A stretch of DNA of 64,000 nt from Schmidtea nova (taxonomy: Eukaryota). Shown here piece by piece: positions 42,107 through 53,640 of this stretch. The stretch lies in NCBI GenBank assembly GCA_044892505.1, contig CM097882.1, positions 283,030,001 to 283,094,000 on the forward strand, in the 5' to 3' direction. The notes under the pieces were generated by a model. It searched no databases. It was not told where the DNA came from and was given only the letters and a program-made list of their open reading frames with translations. The translations under genes and the position numbers were made by a program. Positions within the stretch are counted from its first letter, which is position 1. The number at the start of each line of letters is the position of its first letter.

Positions 42107-44056
42107 TGGTAGCAGAGCGTGGTTCCCTTCGAGGGGCCACGCACAGATTTTCGGAATGATAGCTCAGGTGAGGGGCTTCCAAGATTGATCCAGCCTCACC
42201 ACAATGAAGGTCCTAATAAACATAAACTAATTTTAATATTATTTGGAAAGGGGAACCGGAGAACCCACCAACTCGAGGAACTACCTCCAAAATTGGATGA
42301 CCAGACATTCGAACGTTTTTGCTATAAAAGTGATTTTTATTTTGAATTGGTCATTTATTTTTATATTAAATATCATTATTTGTACAATGTTTATGTAAAA
42401 TTATCCATTCCTCTCTCCCCCTCTTCTCTTTGCGACATTCTGGTACAAGTTTAACGCACTAAGGGACCGGAAAAGGTGCTGCTATGAGCCCCAGCATTCT
42501 TTTCAATTAAGAAGGATTTTGTAGAGAAAAAGACTGGAGGAAAACATCATAGTTTGTTACATATTTGAAGAATGAAAGAATCGGGAGAAGACAACAATCA
42601 AAGACCTCAAACACATATCACTAGGTTGGTTACAGGTAAAAAGTCAAATGATATGTGCTACATAAGTCTCAGGACAATACGTATTATTTTAGAAGAGAAT
42701 GGAAAGAGAATAAAGGTCAACGCATTGCTAGACGATACAAGTACGGTTAGTTACGTTAGTATGTATGTGTCTAGAGAACTACAATTATCAGGATCAAAAA
42801 TTAATGTTCCAGTTAGAGTAATAGGAGGCAAAAGAGAAAATATAGAAGCGCACAGAGTCACAATGAACTTAATAAGTGTAGATGGTATGATGGTCAAAGA
42901 ATTTCATGCTTGGTCGGTAGAGAGGGTAACAAGTGAATTGCGAGTGATCGATTGGAAAAAAGCAATTCATAACTGGGATCATTTGAGACAAATCAGATTT
43001 GCAACGGCTGGAAATAGATTATCAGTGGATGCGCTTCTTGGGGCTGACTATGCAGGTCTACAAAGAGCAATAAGAGATATGTGGACGTGAAGGAGAACCG
43101 ATAGCTAGGTTAACTCCATTGGGATGGGCTTGCATCGAGAAAGAACGATCGAGTATTCCGTGCAGTAAACAGACTCACTTCATTCAATCTTATTTTACAA
43201 CAAATGAAGTGTTACAACAACAGCTCCAACAATTCCGGGAGGTTGATATAATTGAGATAGATGAAGTAACAATGTCACCAAATGACTACAAATTGGATGA
43301 CCAAATAAGAAAAGAAATGATTAAAACGTACAAGACATTAGACCCGATAAAATATGCTTTAGTTAAAGAACTAGTTTCGTCGAAAATTGCCTTACAAATA
43401 AATATCGACAAACTTGAGGAAACTGTTGATGTACTTTCAAAGGAGTCATTTGTTACAAAGAATAGATTAATCAATGCTCTGGACGATAAACAACATTTAC
43501 AAGACGAACTAAAACAAATTAAAGACAGATTTTGTAAACAGAGAAATATAGGAGAGAAAAACCTAAAAAACAAAGAGACATTTTTGCAGAATACAAAAAG
43601 ATTGCGAAAGATTCAGTGTAAGGTCCAAAGATTCAAAAACAATAAATATCATCAACAAAGACTATGAGGTCATTGATCATTCGAAATTTATAATATTGGA
43701 ATGTGAAAAGTGCAATGAAAGATCTCTTAATCATCGTTATAAAGATAAACCAGGGAGTGGTGTTAACACTGATGTCGAACAATCAACGATTAATAATGAA
43801 GTTCGTTGGGTATTCTTTTCAACGATTGCCCCATATTTTGAAGGAATATTTGGAGCTATAATGAAGTGTGTGACAATAGCGGTTAATGCGGTTTTAGAGA
43901 AGGTTGATATAACGGTTGAAAGATTGAGTGGTGTATTTATCGCAGTGGATAGAATGCTGAATTCCCGACAGCTGGTGATGCAAAACACGAGAGAAAAAGA
44001 AAGAAAAGCTAAATGTTGCATTCGGATTGACACTAATGTGTCAAGGGGGAGGAATG
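42107..44056 (+). mobile_element. Internally deleted BEL/Pao LTR retrotransposon remnant
   Basis: PBS-like TGGTAGCAGAGCGTGGTT (tRNA-iMet-like) directly after CA; Gag ..GKHHSLLH; protease ALLDDTS..SY, WDHLRQIRF..VDALLGAD, PIARLTPLGW; integrase tail APYFEGIF..RMLNSRQL; purine tract AAGGGGGAGGAA then TG at 44055. No RT/RNase H seen. Confidence 0.8.
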
Positions 44057-44984
44057 GATAATCGTGGCTCAAAAATTTGAGCCTATCTGTGTGCGCGTTA
44101 ATATTGTTTATCGCGTCTGTGTGCGAGTTTCATGTTTTTTTGGTTTACTGCGTCTGTGTGCGCATAATTTTGGCTAAATTATTCGCGTCTGTGTGCGCAA
44201 CCAGATGTATGATATTCGCGTTTTGTGTGTGCAGGTGTTCATTTTTTTCTAGTTTATCGATTTGAATTTCTAGGAATAATTAATTTTAGAGCTTTTGTTT
44301 ATTCGGAGCGTTTTCAACTGAATTTCGAACAGATATTTTGATTTGGGCTTAGAAGATTATATTCAAATATTTTGCGGAGTAATTCTTACCAGTTGACTGG
44401 AATTCTTTTCAAATGACGTAAAACTTGATCTCGTTACAATTCAATCATATCAGCAACGTTCGCACACAAGAAGATTCTAATTCGATGGTTGATATTCAAA
44501 CTGAAGACGATGCTTTGGAAATGAAAGAGTGTATTTCTATAGATTGTGAAAATAATATTATATCACCAAGAGATATCAATCCTTCTTTTCAAATTAAGAA
44601 CGTTAATTGTGATTCAAGTCCAATTCTAAAATCGGGAATTAAAATATCTGACGTATGTCAACAATCCAATGCTTCTTTTGATCATTTCAAGTTAATCAGT
44701 GCTATCTTTGACATTATGACAGACGAAATGAGGTATTNNNNNNNNNNNNNNNNNNNNNNNNNNNNNNNNNNNNNNNNNNNNNNNNNNNNNNNNNNNNNNN
44801 NNNNNNNNNNNNNNNNNNNNNNNNNNNNNNNNNNNNNNNNNNNNNNNNNNNNNNNNNNNNNNNNNNNNNNNNNNNNNNNNNNNNNNNNNNNNNNNNNNNN
44901 NNNNNNNNNNNNCAAATTTTATAAGTTAATGTGTGTGTCACATATCTTTGTTTATCATCTTGCAATTTCTTTGTCAACTTTGAC

Positions 44985-45160
44985 GTGTATTGCAATGCTT
45001 TTGTTAATATTGCATATGGATTGCATTATCTTTGTTAAGCTGTATCTGTAATGTAATGTCTTTGTTAAGTTGCATCTGGATTGCAATGTCCTAGTTAAGT
45101 TGCATTTGCAGTGCAATGTCGTTGTTAAAGTGCATCTGCATCTGCATTGCGATGTGCTTG
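44985..45160. repeat. 30-bp minisatellite (about 5 units)
   Basis: tgcaatgtc..gttaagttgcatctggat consensus; reads as a 10-aa repeat in ORF 44955-45221. Confidence 0.75.
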
Positions 45161-45277
45161 TGTAAATTGGAGTAGGAAATTTTTTAAAATAGTGGTAAAA
45201 AAAGTTTTCAATTACGCACACACACCATCTCGGTTATGATACTCATCTGTCAATTACCTTTTGTTTGATATACATAT

Positions 45278-46071
45278 TGTTGGGTATTTTGTTGAAAGTC
45301 GGTTCTAATTTCTGACTCCTGGTGTTCTTTTAACAAATAATTAACCCAACACAATAACCTTTATTTCAATATCACACTTTATCACAATGATTGAACAATA
45401 TAAGAACTGTCTTTTCACACTGAACTTAACTGCTTTCAAGTCACTTGCTGCAAGGGATAAGTCTCCCAACGGAAGATCTCCCTTTCTGGTGCGCAAACAA
45501 ATGAATTAAATTTTACTCTACAACACTACCTTTTCGGACTCTTCTTCTAATTTTAATCTGTTCATTTTGAAATCTTATCTCTTCGACCACTGGCCCCACA
45601 TTGCAATTTGCTTCTCCTTTTATAGTGCTTCCTCCTTAATGCTTGATTGTTCTGTCTCCCAATTTTGACATTTTAATCTACGACTCAAATTAAACTGTCA
45701 TATTGTAATTTAGTAGCTCTCGCCGTTTCCACATCCTTAGAGCAAATTGAACTGTCACTTCGCTTGAGCGGGTTTCTCTCCTCTCTCGGGCTCTCCATTG
45801 GCTCGGGTTTCCCATTGTCTCGGGCTTTCCCTTAGCCAATTAATTCTTAATTAATATTTTAAATTTTTAATTGTTTCTTTCTGGGGACCCCCCATCGATT
45901 TTATTTTTATTTATTTGAATTCGTCTCATAATTTGGCACACACCCATACCAATTTCCCCCATGATATATTAATTTTAAATTTTATTAATTTTTTAATTAA
46001 TGTTTTAATATTTGGTGATTTTTGCAATTTTATTACTTTTAAATTTTGAGTCACTTTGACAAACCCCAACA
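45278..46071 (-). repeat. 3' LTR of element 2 (794 bp)
   Basis: TGTTGGG...CCCAACA termini; identical to 60038-60831 except at 45769 and 45922. Confidence 0.98.
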
Positions 46072-46086
46072 TATCTCCCCCCTTTA
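46072..46086 (-). promoter_or_regulatory. Polypurine tract of element 2
   Basis: Minus strand AAAGGGGGGAGATA immediately before the 3' LTR TG. Confidence 0.9.
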
Positions 46087-47058
46087 ATTAAGATTCGTCC
46101 TCTAATCTATCTTATAATTCAATATATAAATATGAGAGCACCCCGAAAGGCAACTTTTACTGCTACTAATAATAATAATTCTACTAAATAGAACAATAAT
46201 AAAAATAATATTTTGTCCGTCCAAATCTAAATTTACTTTTCCAAAATATTTAACACCTCTTTTTAACGAGAAGGGATGTCAATGACNNNNNNNNNNNNNN
46301 NNNNNNNNNNNNNNNNNNNNNNNNNNNNNNNNNNNNNNNNNNNNNNNNNNNNNNNNNNNNNNNNNNNNNNNNNNNNNNNNNNNNNNNNNNNNNNNNNNNN
46401 NNNNNNNNNNNNNNNNNNNNNNNNNNNNNNNNNNNNNNNNNNNNNNNNNNNNNNNNNNNNNNNNNNNNNNNNNNNNNNNNNNNNNNNNNNNNNNNNNNNN
46501 NNNNNNNNNNNNNNNNNNNNNNNNNNNNNNNNNNNNNNNNNNNNNNNNNNNNNNNNNNNNNNNNNNNNNNNNNNNNNNNNNNNNNNNNNNNNNNNNNNNN
46601 NNNNNNNNNNNNNNNNNNNNNNNNNNNNNNNNNNNNNNNNNNNNNNNNNNNNNNNNNNNNNNNNNNNNNNNNNNNNNNNNNNNNNNNNNNNNNNNNNNNN
46701 NNNNNNNNNNNNNNNNNNNNNNNNNNNTCTTTATCTCGTTTATTTTTTTTGAGCCAGTGAACTGGCAAAAATCTAAATTTAAATTTAACTATGATATTAA
46801 ATCCTGTCATTCACGGAGCAATGGGCTGGCGAATGATGGGTGTTTATTCGTATTATAAAAGAAAATATCGAGACATATCAATCTTCCACTTCAGAATTTA
46901 GAAAATATCGACCTTTGTATAGAACTTTTGAAAAATGTATACTGCATTTATCAGAAGCAATGAAATTCGGCTTAATCTGACTATCTTAAGCTTTATTTTA
47001 AGTAATCTCGGAGGCATCAAAATAAGGGAAAATTCTCACGTAATTTTTTTATTTATTT

Positions 47059-47101
<43 letters not shown>

Positions 47102-47237
47102 TTAATAATAATAATAATAATGTGTTATTTATTGTCAAAAAATTAAATATTCATTGATATATTCATCAACGATGTTAGCAACTGTTGTAATAGATAATAA
47201 GTAGTGTGTTCGAGAAAAAAAAATTTCAATGATAATG

Positions 47238-47276
<39 letters not shown>

Positions 47277-47729
47277 TACCTGATCCTACCTCCTTATCTC
47301 ATGCTCATAATATTACTATAATACTAATAATAAGTGACGGTCGCCTTCTTCAGTCCCTGTCCAGGGATCCAAGCCCCGGTGACTGAAATTGGACACTTTC
47401 ATTTTATTATTATGTCCATATTTAATTTCAATAACTTTGTAACTTTGATAACGTCGGTGTATAATAACAATGCTGATATACTACAATTAATAATACGATT
47501 CTGATACTATTAATAATAATAAACTCTGAATTTTTAAATCATTGATTATAATTCTGACAATTTTTATTTTGATAATAAATTTTTTTTTTGATTTTTTTTT
47601 TTTTTTTTTATATTTAATTAAATTTTGCATTATTTTTATCAATAATGATTTGGGGGTTACCATTAAACAAATAAGAGACAAAATTCGCTAAAGTTTTATT
47701 TATAAATTTATAAATACAAATATAAAATT

Positions 47730-49134
47730 TTAATTGAATTTTAACTCAAAACTTTCTTCACCATGGCAATATTGGACAATTGTTCCTTTTCGCACATACG
47801 TCTTCCCTGCATATGTTATCGAATTTTCTATTTGCAAATTTGAACCCACTTTTCTTTTCCTAGTTTCTTTGGCTGTTGAACCCTTTATAAGTGTTGACTT
47901 TGCTCTTCCACTAATTGAGCTTGTAAATATTGCCAAACTTTCTTCGATGGGCTCTAGACTAGTTTCCTCTGCAAAATTCAATTGTATTTCAATTTCCATT
48001 ATTGATGGTTCTTCTATTGTCAGATCCACTGTTGTTGTCATTTCCGATGTGCTCTGTGTTGCTCGTAAATTTCTGTATTCCTCCAGTGAATATATTTTTG
48101 AGGGCTGTTTCCTGGGAATCATCACATCATCGATCCATTGACTCTCCACTTTCAAATAAACTTTTCTAATGCTTTTCACATCTTCCAACGCAGTGTGGAT
48201 GCTTGTTTGTGTTTTTCCCGCATAATTCTTCAGTGATTGTTTTTAACTTAAACCATTCTCCTTTTCGGCTTACCTTCATTGATTTTAACACTTGCGCTGC
48301 TGCTAAATCTCGAATGCCATATACTTTATTGATCCAAATTCCAAGATTATTCAATTCCGCTTGGAGATCATGACCAATCAGTATTTTCCCTATGGTCAAC
48401 CTCTGAATATCTTTCATCTCCTGATATTGATCTGCCTGATTTCTACTGGCCACTTCCGTTATTCCGTGGATTTTGGAATTAAAATGTCTTATTTTCCCTC
48501 TTGGTGTAATGTATGTATTTTTTATAATTTTTCCATAATAATTTAGGATTGCGATTGACAACGGAATCATTTTTCCGCTTTCGGAGCTTCCATATTCCGC
48601 ATCGATAAACAAAATTCGATTACGGATTTCTTCTATATCCATCTCCTTTCTAACAAATGAGAGCTTCCTTTTTAACATTTCATCTGAAATTGCCATCAAA
48701 TTCTCATCATTAGCTTCTGTCGGATGTGTACTTGGAATTTCTCCAGCTTCATTTTCAATTCTGGTTTCGATAACCATTATGGCATCCTCGTTTGCGGCTC
48801 GCAGCAAATTGAACATTATTTCCCTCTGCAGTTTCCACGTAGTAAATTTTTCCAATTCCTTCCGAATCTGATTCCTTTCGTTCAACATTTCTACCGTGCC
48901 TTTTATTATGTGGAGGTAATATTGTTCTTTTCTTGCTAACTGCATTTCCTCTAATAACTTCATTTTGTTGTTTCTGTGCACTTTTAGAATTTGTATTTTC
49001 ATTCTTCTGTCATCACTTCGAAGGTAGTTGGGAATTTGCAGATTGTTGTTGATCTGGAATTTTTGTCCGGCATGGCTTCTGCTGAGTCTGGCGTAACTGT
49101 CGTATACCGATCTTGGCCATTGTAATTGTTCCAT
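47730..49134 (-). pseudogene. REX4/ISG20-like DEDDh 3'-5' exonuclease, frameshifted near 48190-48215
   Basis: ILFIDAEYG (ExoI), KIHGIT, ILIGHDLQAEL (ExoII), IRDLA, FKLKTITEEL, then in the adjacent frame IHTALEDVKSIRKVY (ExoIII HxxxxD). Confidence 0.85.
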
Positions 49135-49551
49135 TTGCTAAAATTATTGAATTTTTAATTTACTTTAATTTTAGAATTTGAAACTATGATCGAGGTTGGG
49201 CACCCAAAGGATATCGTCTCAATCAATAGTTGTATAAATAAAAATATTTAATTAATTACCTATTTATTTGAATTTGAAAAATTCGGAATCTCAGAAATTT
49301 TGAAATTCAAAATTTTGAGTTTTTGAAATTTTAAATCTAACGGTTTAACACGTATCCTATATACCCTCTTAAATTTCCTTCCCCTTTTTAATTTCTTCTT
49401 TTTATCCAATCAAATTCATTTGCCAAGCGATCCTTGAAAGCAGTTTTACATCAAAAATAAAAAGTGTTTCATAAAATGTAATGCTATCAATAAATAAATA
49501 ATAAATTCGACACTACTGTTACTCATATTGCATGCAGAAATCATTATCTTA

Positions 49552-50720
49552 CTACACAAATGTCTCATCGTAGACAAACCAAGGTCTCGAAGGTTCGGAT
49601 TGATTTGCCGGAGATTGAAATGATTTTTCGAATATGCACAATACGATAGCAATGATAACTGTTAGAATTACTGCTAAAGAAATGATGATTATAATCAATG
49701 TTATGCACATTTTTTCATTATTCATTTTTTGGAACAATTTAGTTTGATTTTTTACAATTGATTTTTTGATAGGAATGTTATTAAGAAATGTTGTGGTTTG
49801 ATATTGGTGTGAATCGTTTGGGTATGCTTCATCATATGAGACTTGAATGAGTTTATTTTCGACAAACGTTATCTGCCATAGATTTGAATATAGAGTACGA
49901 CGATAATATTTGATTTTTACGAGAACTAATTTCGACATTGGGTTTGCTTGCGATTGTTGAAAAATTATTGTTTGAGATTGTCTTTTGCTGTCTAGAATTG
50001 CTTGCATTTTCCCATAACAATATATAACCGCCTTTTGATTCGGGTCTGTTTGCCTGGTGACTTTTATTGCTTGATGGTAGATGTGAAATTGAACTCTTCG
50101 TTTCATTAATTAATGTTATCGTTTGTTGACTGGTGTGAACTTTAACCCATTGATTCTCTGTATTGGTGCCATTTTCATATAAAGTCTTCTCATAATAGTG
50201 AATCACAACATTATAAGTCTGAAATAACTTTAACTTAATATAATTTATGAAGGGTTTTCTACTATTCAATGTGTCTATTGCATAATTTTGGAAAATCGTT
50301 TTTACTTGTTGGGATTCTTGGGGTTCCCAATATACATTAATACTATTTATCGAAGGTTCAATTGATACCAAATTGTTCCGATTTTTTGTCCAAATTTCTA
50401 GGCGTATTATATTACGTATTTCCGTAGTATTCTTTTTAGGATCTAGCTGTGCTACCAGCCAGGGATATTTGTAATTCATTGTCAGATGACGTGCAACATG
50501 ATAATTATTATTATAATTCAATTTCACCGGGGGTTCAAAATAATTTAATAAATTATTTATTTCTACTTCCTCATCTTTTTCACAGGAATAAATCCACACA
50601 ATCTGAGTACATGTTGCAAATGTATTGATTCTCTCTAACAATGGGATTCGTTTTGTTGCAACCGTTGGAAGAAATCGTACTGCATTCGCACACAAAACAT
50701 TCAACATCATTACTGTAGAA
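49552..50720 (-). pseudogene. Second type-I membrane glycoprotein downstream of integrase (frameshifted)
   Basis: Signal-like KILLISTVMMLNVLCANA in ORF 49853-50977, a beta-rich ectodomain with NxS/T sites, and TM MCITLIIIIISLAVILTVIIAIVLCIF plus a short tail in ORF 49552-50106. Confidence 0.6.
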
Positions 50721-50967
50721 ATTAATAAAATTTTATTAATGTAGCTTGATGGGGCTGGATTTCTATTATACCTCTGTTTGATTGCTTCATCTTCCTTCCG
50801 TTTTGATCGTAATGGGTATTGTTTTAACTCTTCCACCGGCACCTTTTTACAGCGGTTTACATGAACAACTATTGTTCCAGCTTTTTTATTATTCTGTGGA
50901 CGCAACTTTAGATTAGTCTCTGTAGCATCACATACTACATATGGTCCTTTAAAAGGTCTTTGCAGTT

Positions 50968-53640
50968 TCACTGACAATCCTTTAGTCGGCTCTGGTTTAT
51001 TTCATACACTAAATCTCCAATTTTAATATCATGCGCATGTGCGCGTTTATCATAGCACTCTTTATAAGCTTCTTGATGGTGTTTTATTTTAAGACCTGCT
51101 TGACCCCATACTGACTGCAATCTCTCTTGCATAATTACTTTATAATCGGATACGTCCATATATTGGGAAATCGGTGGCGGAAATTTCAAATCAATTGGCA
51201 TATTATTACGTCGTAAATACATAAGGTAGAAAGGTGTTTCACCGGTACTTTCATTAACTGCATTCCGATATGCAAATAGGCATGGTTTAATATACAAATC
51301 CCAATCTTTTTGCTTTCTATTTACATAAGAAGATATCATATTTATTAGTGTTCCATTGAATCTTTCCACTAAACCGTCTGTTTGTGGATGATAAGGTGAT
51401 GTACTTATTTTCATTATTCCGAATAACTCCGTGACTGATTTGAATAAATCACTTTGAAAATTTGTTCTTTGATCTGTAAGTAATTTTTTTGGTGCTCCAT
51501 ATCGGAATATTATGTTTTCAACAAATATTTTTGCTACTGTCTCTGCTTTTTGATTTGGCATAGGATAAGCTTCTGGCCATTTTGTTAAATAGTCACAAAA
51601 GACAATAATGTATTTATTTCCATTTGTCGTTTCTGGTAGTGGACCCACGATATCCATTGCCGTCATTTCCATCGGCGCTTGTGGTACTGGCATTGGCTTT
51701 AAAGGAACTTTAATTTTCTTTCCTGTATTTCTCCTGGTTAGACATATTTCACACGTATGACACCACTGTTTGACCTCTTGCTCCATCGTGTCCCAATAAT
51801 ATTTTTGCTTTAATCTCGATAATGTTTTACGTGCTGATAAATGTCCTCCCAATGCTCCATCATGATACAACAACAGTAATGATCTTCGATGTTTTGTTGG
51901 AACGATAATTAATAAATTTTCATTTTTCACACATTTTAGCAAACCGTCATGGACAACATATTTATGTTTTTCCTCAACAACATGTTTCCAGTCACTCTCT
52001 TTTTTGATGGTGACAGCATGTTGACGTAGCCGATTTAATTCAATATCACTTTCTTGATCATTTTGTAATTCTTTTAGATTATTTACAGTTTTAATTGCCA
52101 TAAATATTGTATTTTCATAATTTATTTCATTTCTACCATCCACATTTTCGTCATTAATTCTCGATAACGCATCGGCATTGGCATTTGACCTTCCTGTACG
52201 GTACTTTATATCGAAATCATATTCTTGCAGCGCAATTGACCATCTGATTAATTTGCTGGCTGAATCTCTGTGCCTCATGAGCCATTGCAGTGGATTATGG
52301 TCTGTAAAAACAATAAACTTTCTACCGATTAGGTATTGTCTGAAAGTAGTTATTCCATATACCAACGCTAAAGTCTCTTTTTCGATTGTAGAATAATTCT
52401 TTTCATGTGGCTTTAATGTTCGACTAGCATAAGCAATTACATGATTTTTTTCACCTTCCACTTGTTGACCCAACACTGCTCCTAATGCGAAATTACTGGC
52501 ATCTGTCATTAATATGAACTGTCTCTTAAAGTCTGGACATCTCAAAATCGGTTGTTTTAATAAACTTTCTTTCAGAATATCAAATGCATTTTGTTGAGCC
52601 GTCATCCATTTAAATTTAGTTTGCTTTTTAAGTAGTATATTCAAAGGTTGTGCTACATGCGAAAACTTTTTAATAAATTTTCTATAATAACCTGCTAAAC
52701 CAAGAAATTGTCGAACTTGATCAACATCTTTTGGAATTGGATAATTTTTGATTTTCTCTACATTTTCGGGATTTGGCTGTAATCCACGTCTTGAAATAAT
52801 ATGACCCACATAAACAACTTCATACTTTCCCCATTCGCATTTTGATGGTTTTATTTTTAGATTTGCTTTTAATAATCTTTTGAATACTGTTTCAACATCT
52901 TTTAAATGCTCTTGAAAACTGCCTGAAAATATTATTATGTCATCAATATAGACTAATGCATGTGGAATGTCTCGCAATACGAAATTCATGCCTCTCTGAA
53001 AAGTAGCAGGTGCTCCAGTTAATCCAAATGGTAAAACGTTAAACTCGTATAGGTCTTTACCATCTGAAAATGCAGTTTTTCTCTTGTCATCCTCTTTTAC
53101 TTTAAATTGGTTGTATCCTTTATTTAAATCAATTACTGTGAAAAATTGTACCTCGCCCATTTGATCAAACATTTCCTGTGGAACTGGAATAGGATATGTA
53201 TCTTTTCTCGTGACCTGATTCAACTTTCGATAATCTACACAAAATCGCAAATCTCCATCTTTCTTTTTAACAACCACTATCGATGATGACAATGGTGATG
53301 AACTGTCTCGTATAATATTGAATTCCTTCATTGCTTTAATTTGTCGATCACTTTCTTCTTGATAAACGTAAGGAATTCTATATGGTCTCAATTTGATAGG
53401 AGTTTCATCCAGCAAAGGTATCTCATGCTCAATTATTTGAGTAAGTCCCAAATCGTATTCATGTTTAGCAAACACACTTTTGTATTTCATCAATAGTGCT
53501 GTAAATTCTTGCTTTTGCTCAGCTGTTAAATCATTGCTTGTAACTTGAGGTTGCTTATAAATTTTGATATTTCTCGGTAGCTTTTGAGCTTCTTCAGCTT
53601 CGATTTTTGTCAGTTTCCCCACTTTTGTTTTGGGTTGCAT
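50968..53640 (-). CDS. RT-RNase H-integrase portion of Pol (element 2)
   Basis: FCVDYRKLN, LPFGLTGAPATFQR, YIDD, TDASNFALGAVL, TDHNPL, YHDGALGGH..CEIC, MDIVGPLP, PYHPQTDGLVERFN. Confidence 0.97.
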   Translation of the reverse strand: MQPKTKVGKLTKIEAEEAQKLPRNIKIYKQPQVTSNDLTAEQKQEFTALLMKYKSVFAKHEYDLGLTQIIEHEIPLLDETPIKLRPYRIPYVYQEESDRQIKAMKEFNIIRDSSSPLSSSIVVVKKKDGDLRFCVDYRKLNQVTRKDTYPIPVPQEMFDQMGEVQFFTVIDLNKGYNQFKVKEDDKRKTAFSDGKDLYEFNVLPFGLTGAPATFQRGMNFVLRDIPHALVYIDDIIIFSGSFQEHLKDVETVFKRLLKANLKIKPSKCEWGKYEVVYVGHIISRRGLQPNPENVEKIKNYPIPKDVDQVRQFLGLAGYYRKFIKKFSHVAQPLNILLKKQTKFKWMTAQQNAFDILKESLLKQPILRCPDFKRQFILMTDASNFALGAVLGQQVEGEKNHVIAYASRTLKPHEKNYSTIEKETLALVYGITTFRQYLIGRKFIVFTDHNPLQWLMRHRDSASKLIRWSIALQEYDFDIKYRTGRSNANADALSRINDENVDGRNEINYENTIFMAIKTVNNLKELQNDQESDIELNRLRQHAVTIKKESDWKHVVEEKHKYVVHDGLLKCVKNENLLIIVPTKHRRSLLLLYHDGALGGHLSARKTLSRLKQKYYWDTMEQEVKQWCHTCEICLTRRNTGKKIKVPLKPMPVPQAPMEMTAMDIVGPLPETTNGNKYIIVFCDYLTKWPEAYPMPNQKAETVAKIFVENIIFRYGAPKKLLTDQRTNFQSDLFKSVTELFGIMKISTSPYHPQTDGLVERFNGTLINMISSYVNRKQKDWDLYIKPCLFAYRNAVNESTGETPFYLMYLRRNNMPIDLKFPPPISQYMDVSDYKVIMQERLQSVWGQAGLKIKHHQEAYKECYDKRAHAHDIKIGDLVYEINQSRLKDCQ

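Noticed and set aside
47060-47280. Poly-Asn ORF 47204-47386 and the (AAT)n tracts
   Set aside because: Simple microsatellites in the 3' non-coding part of element 2.
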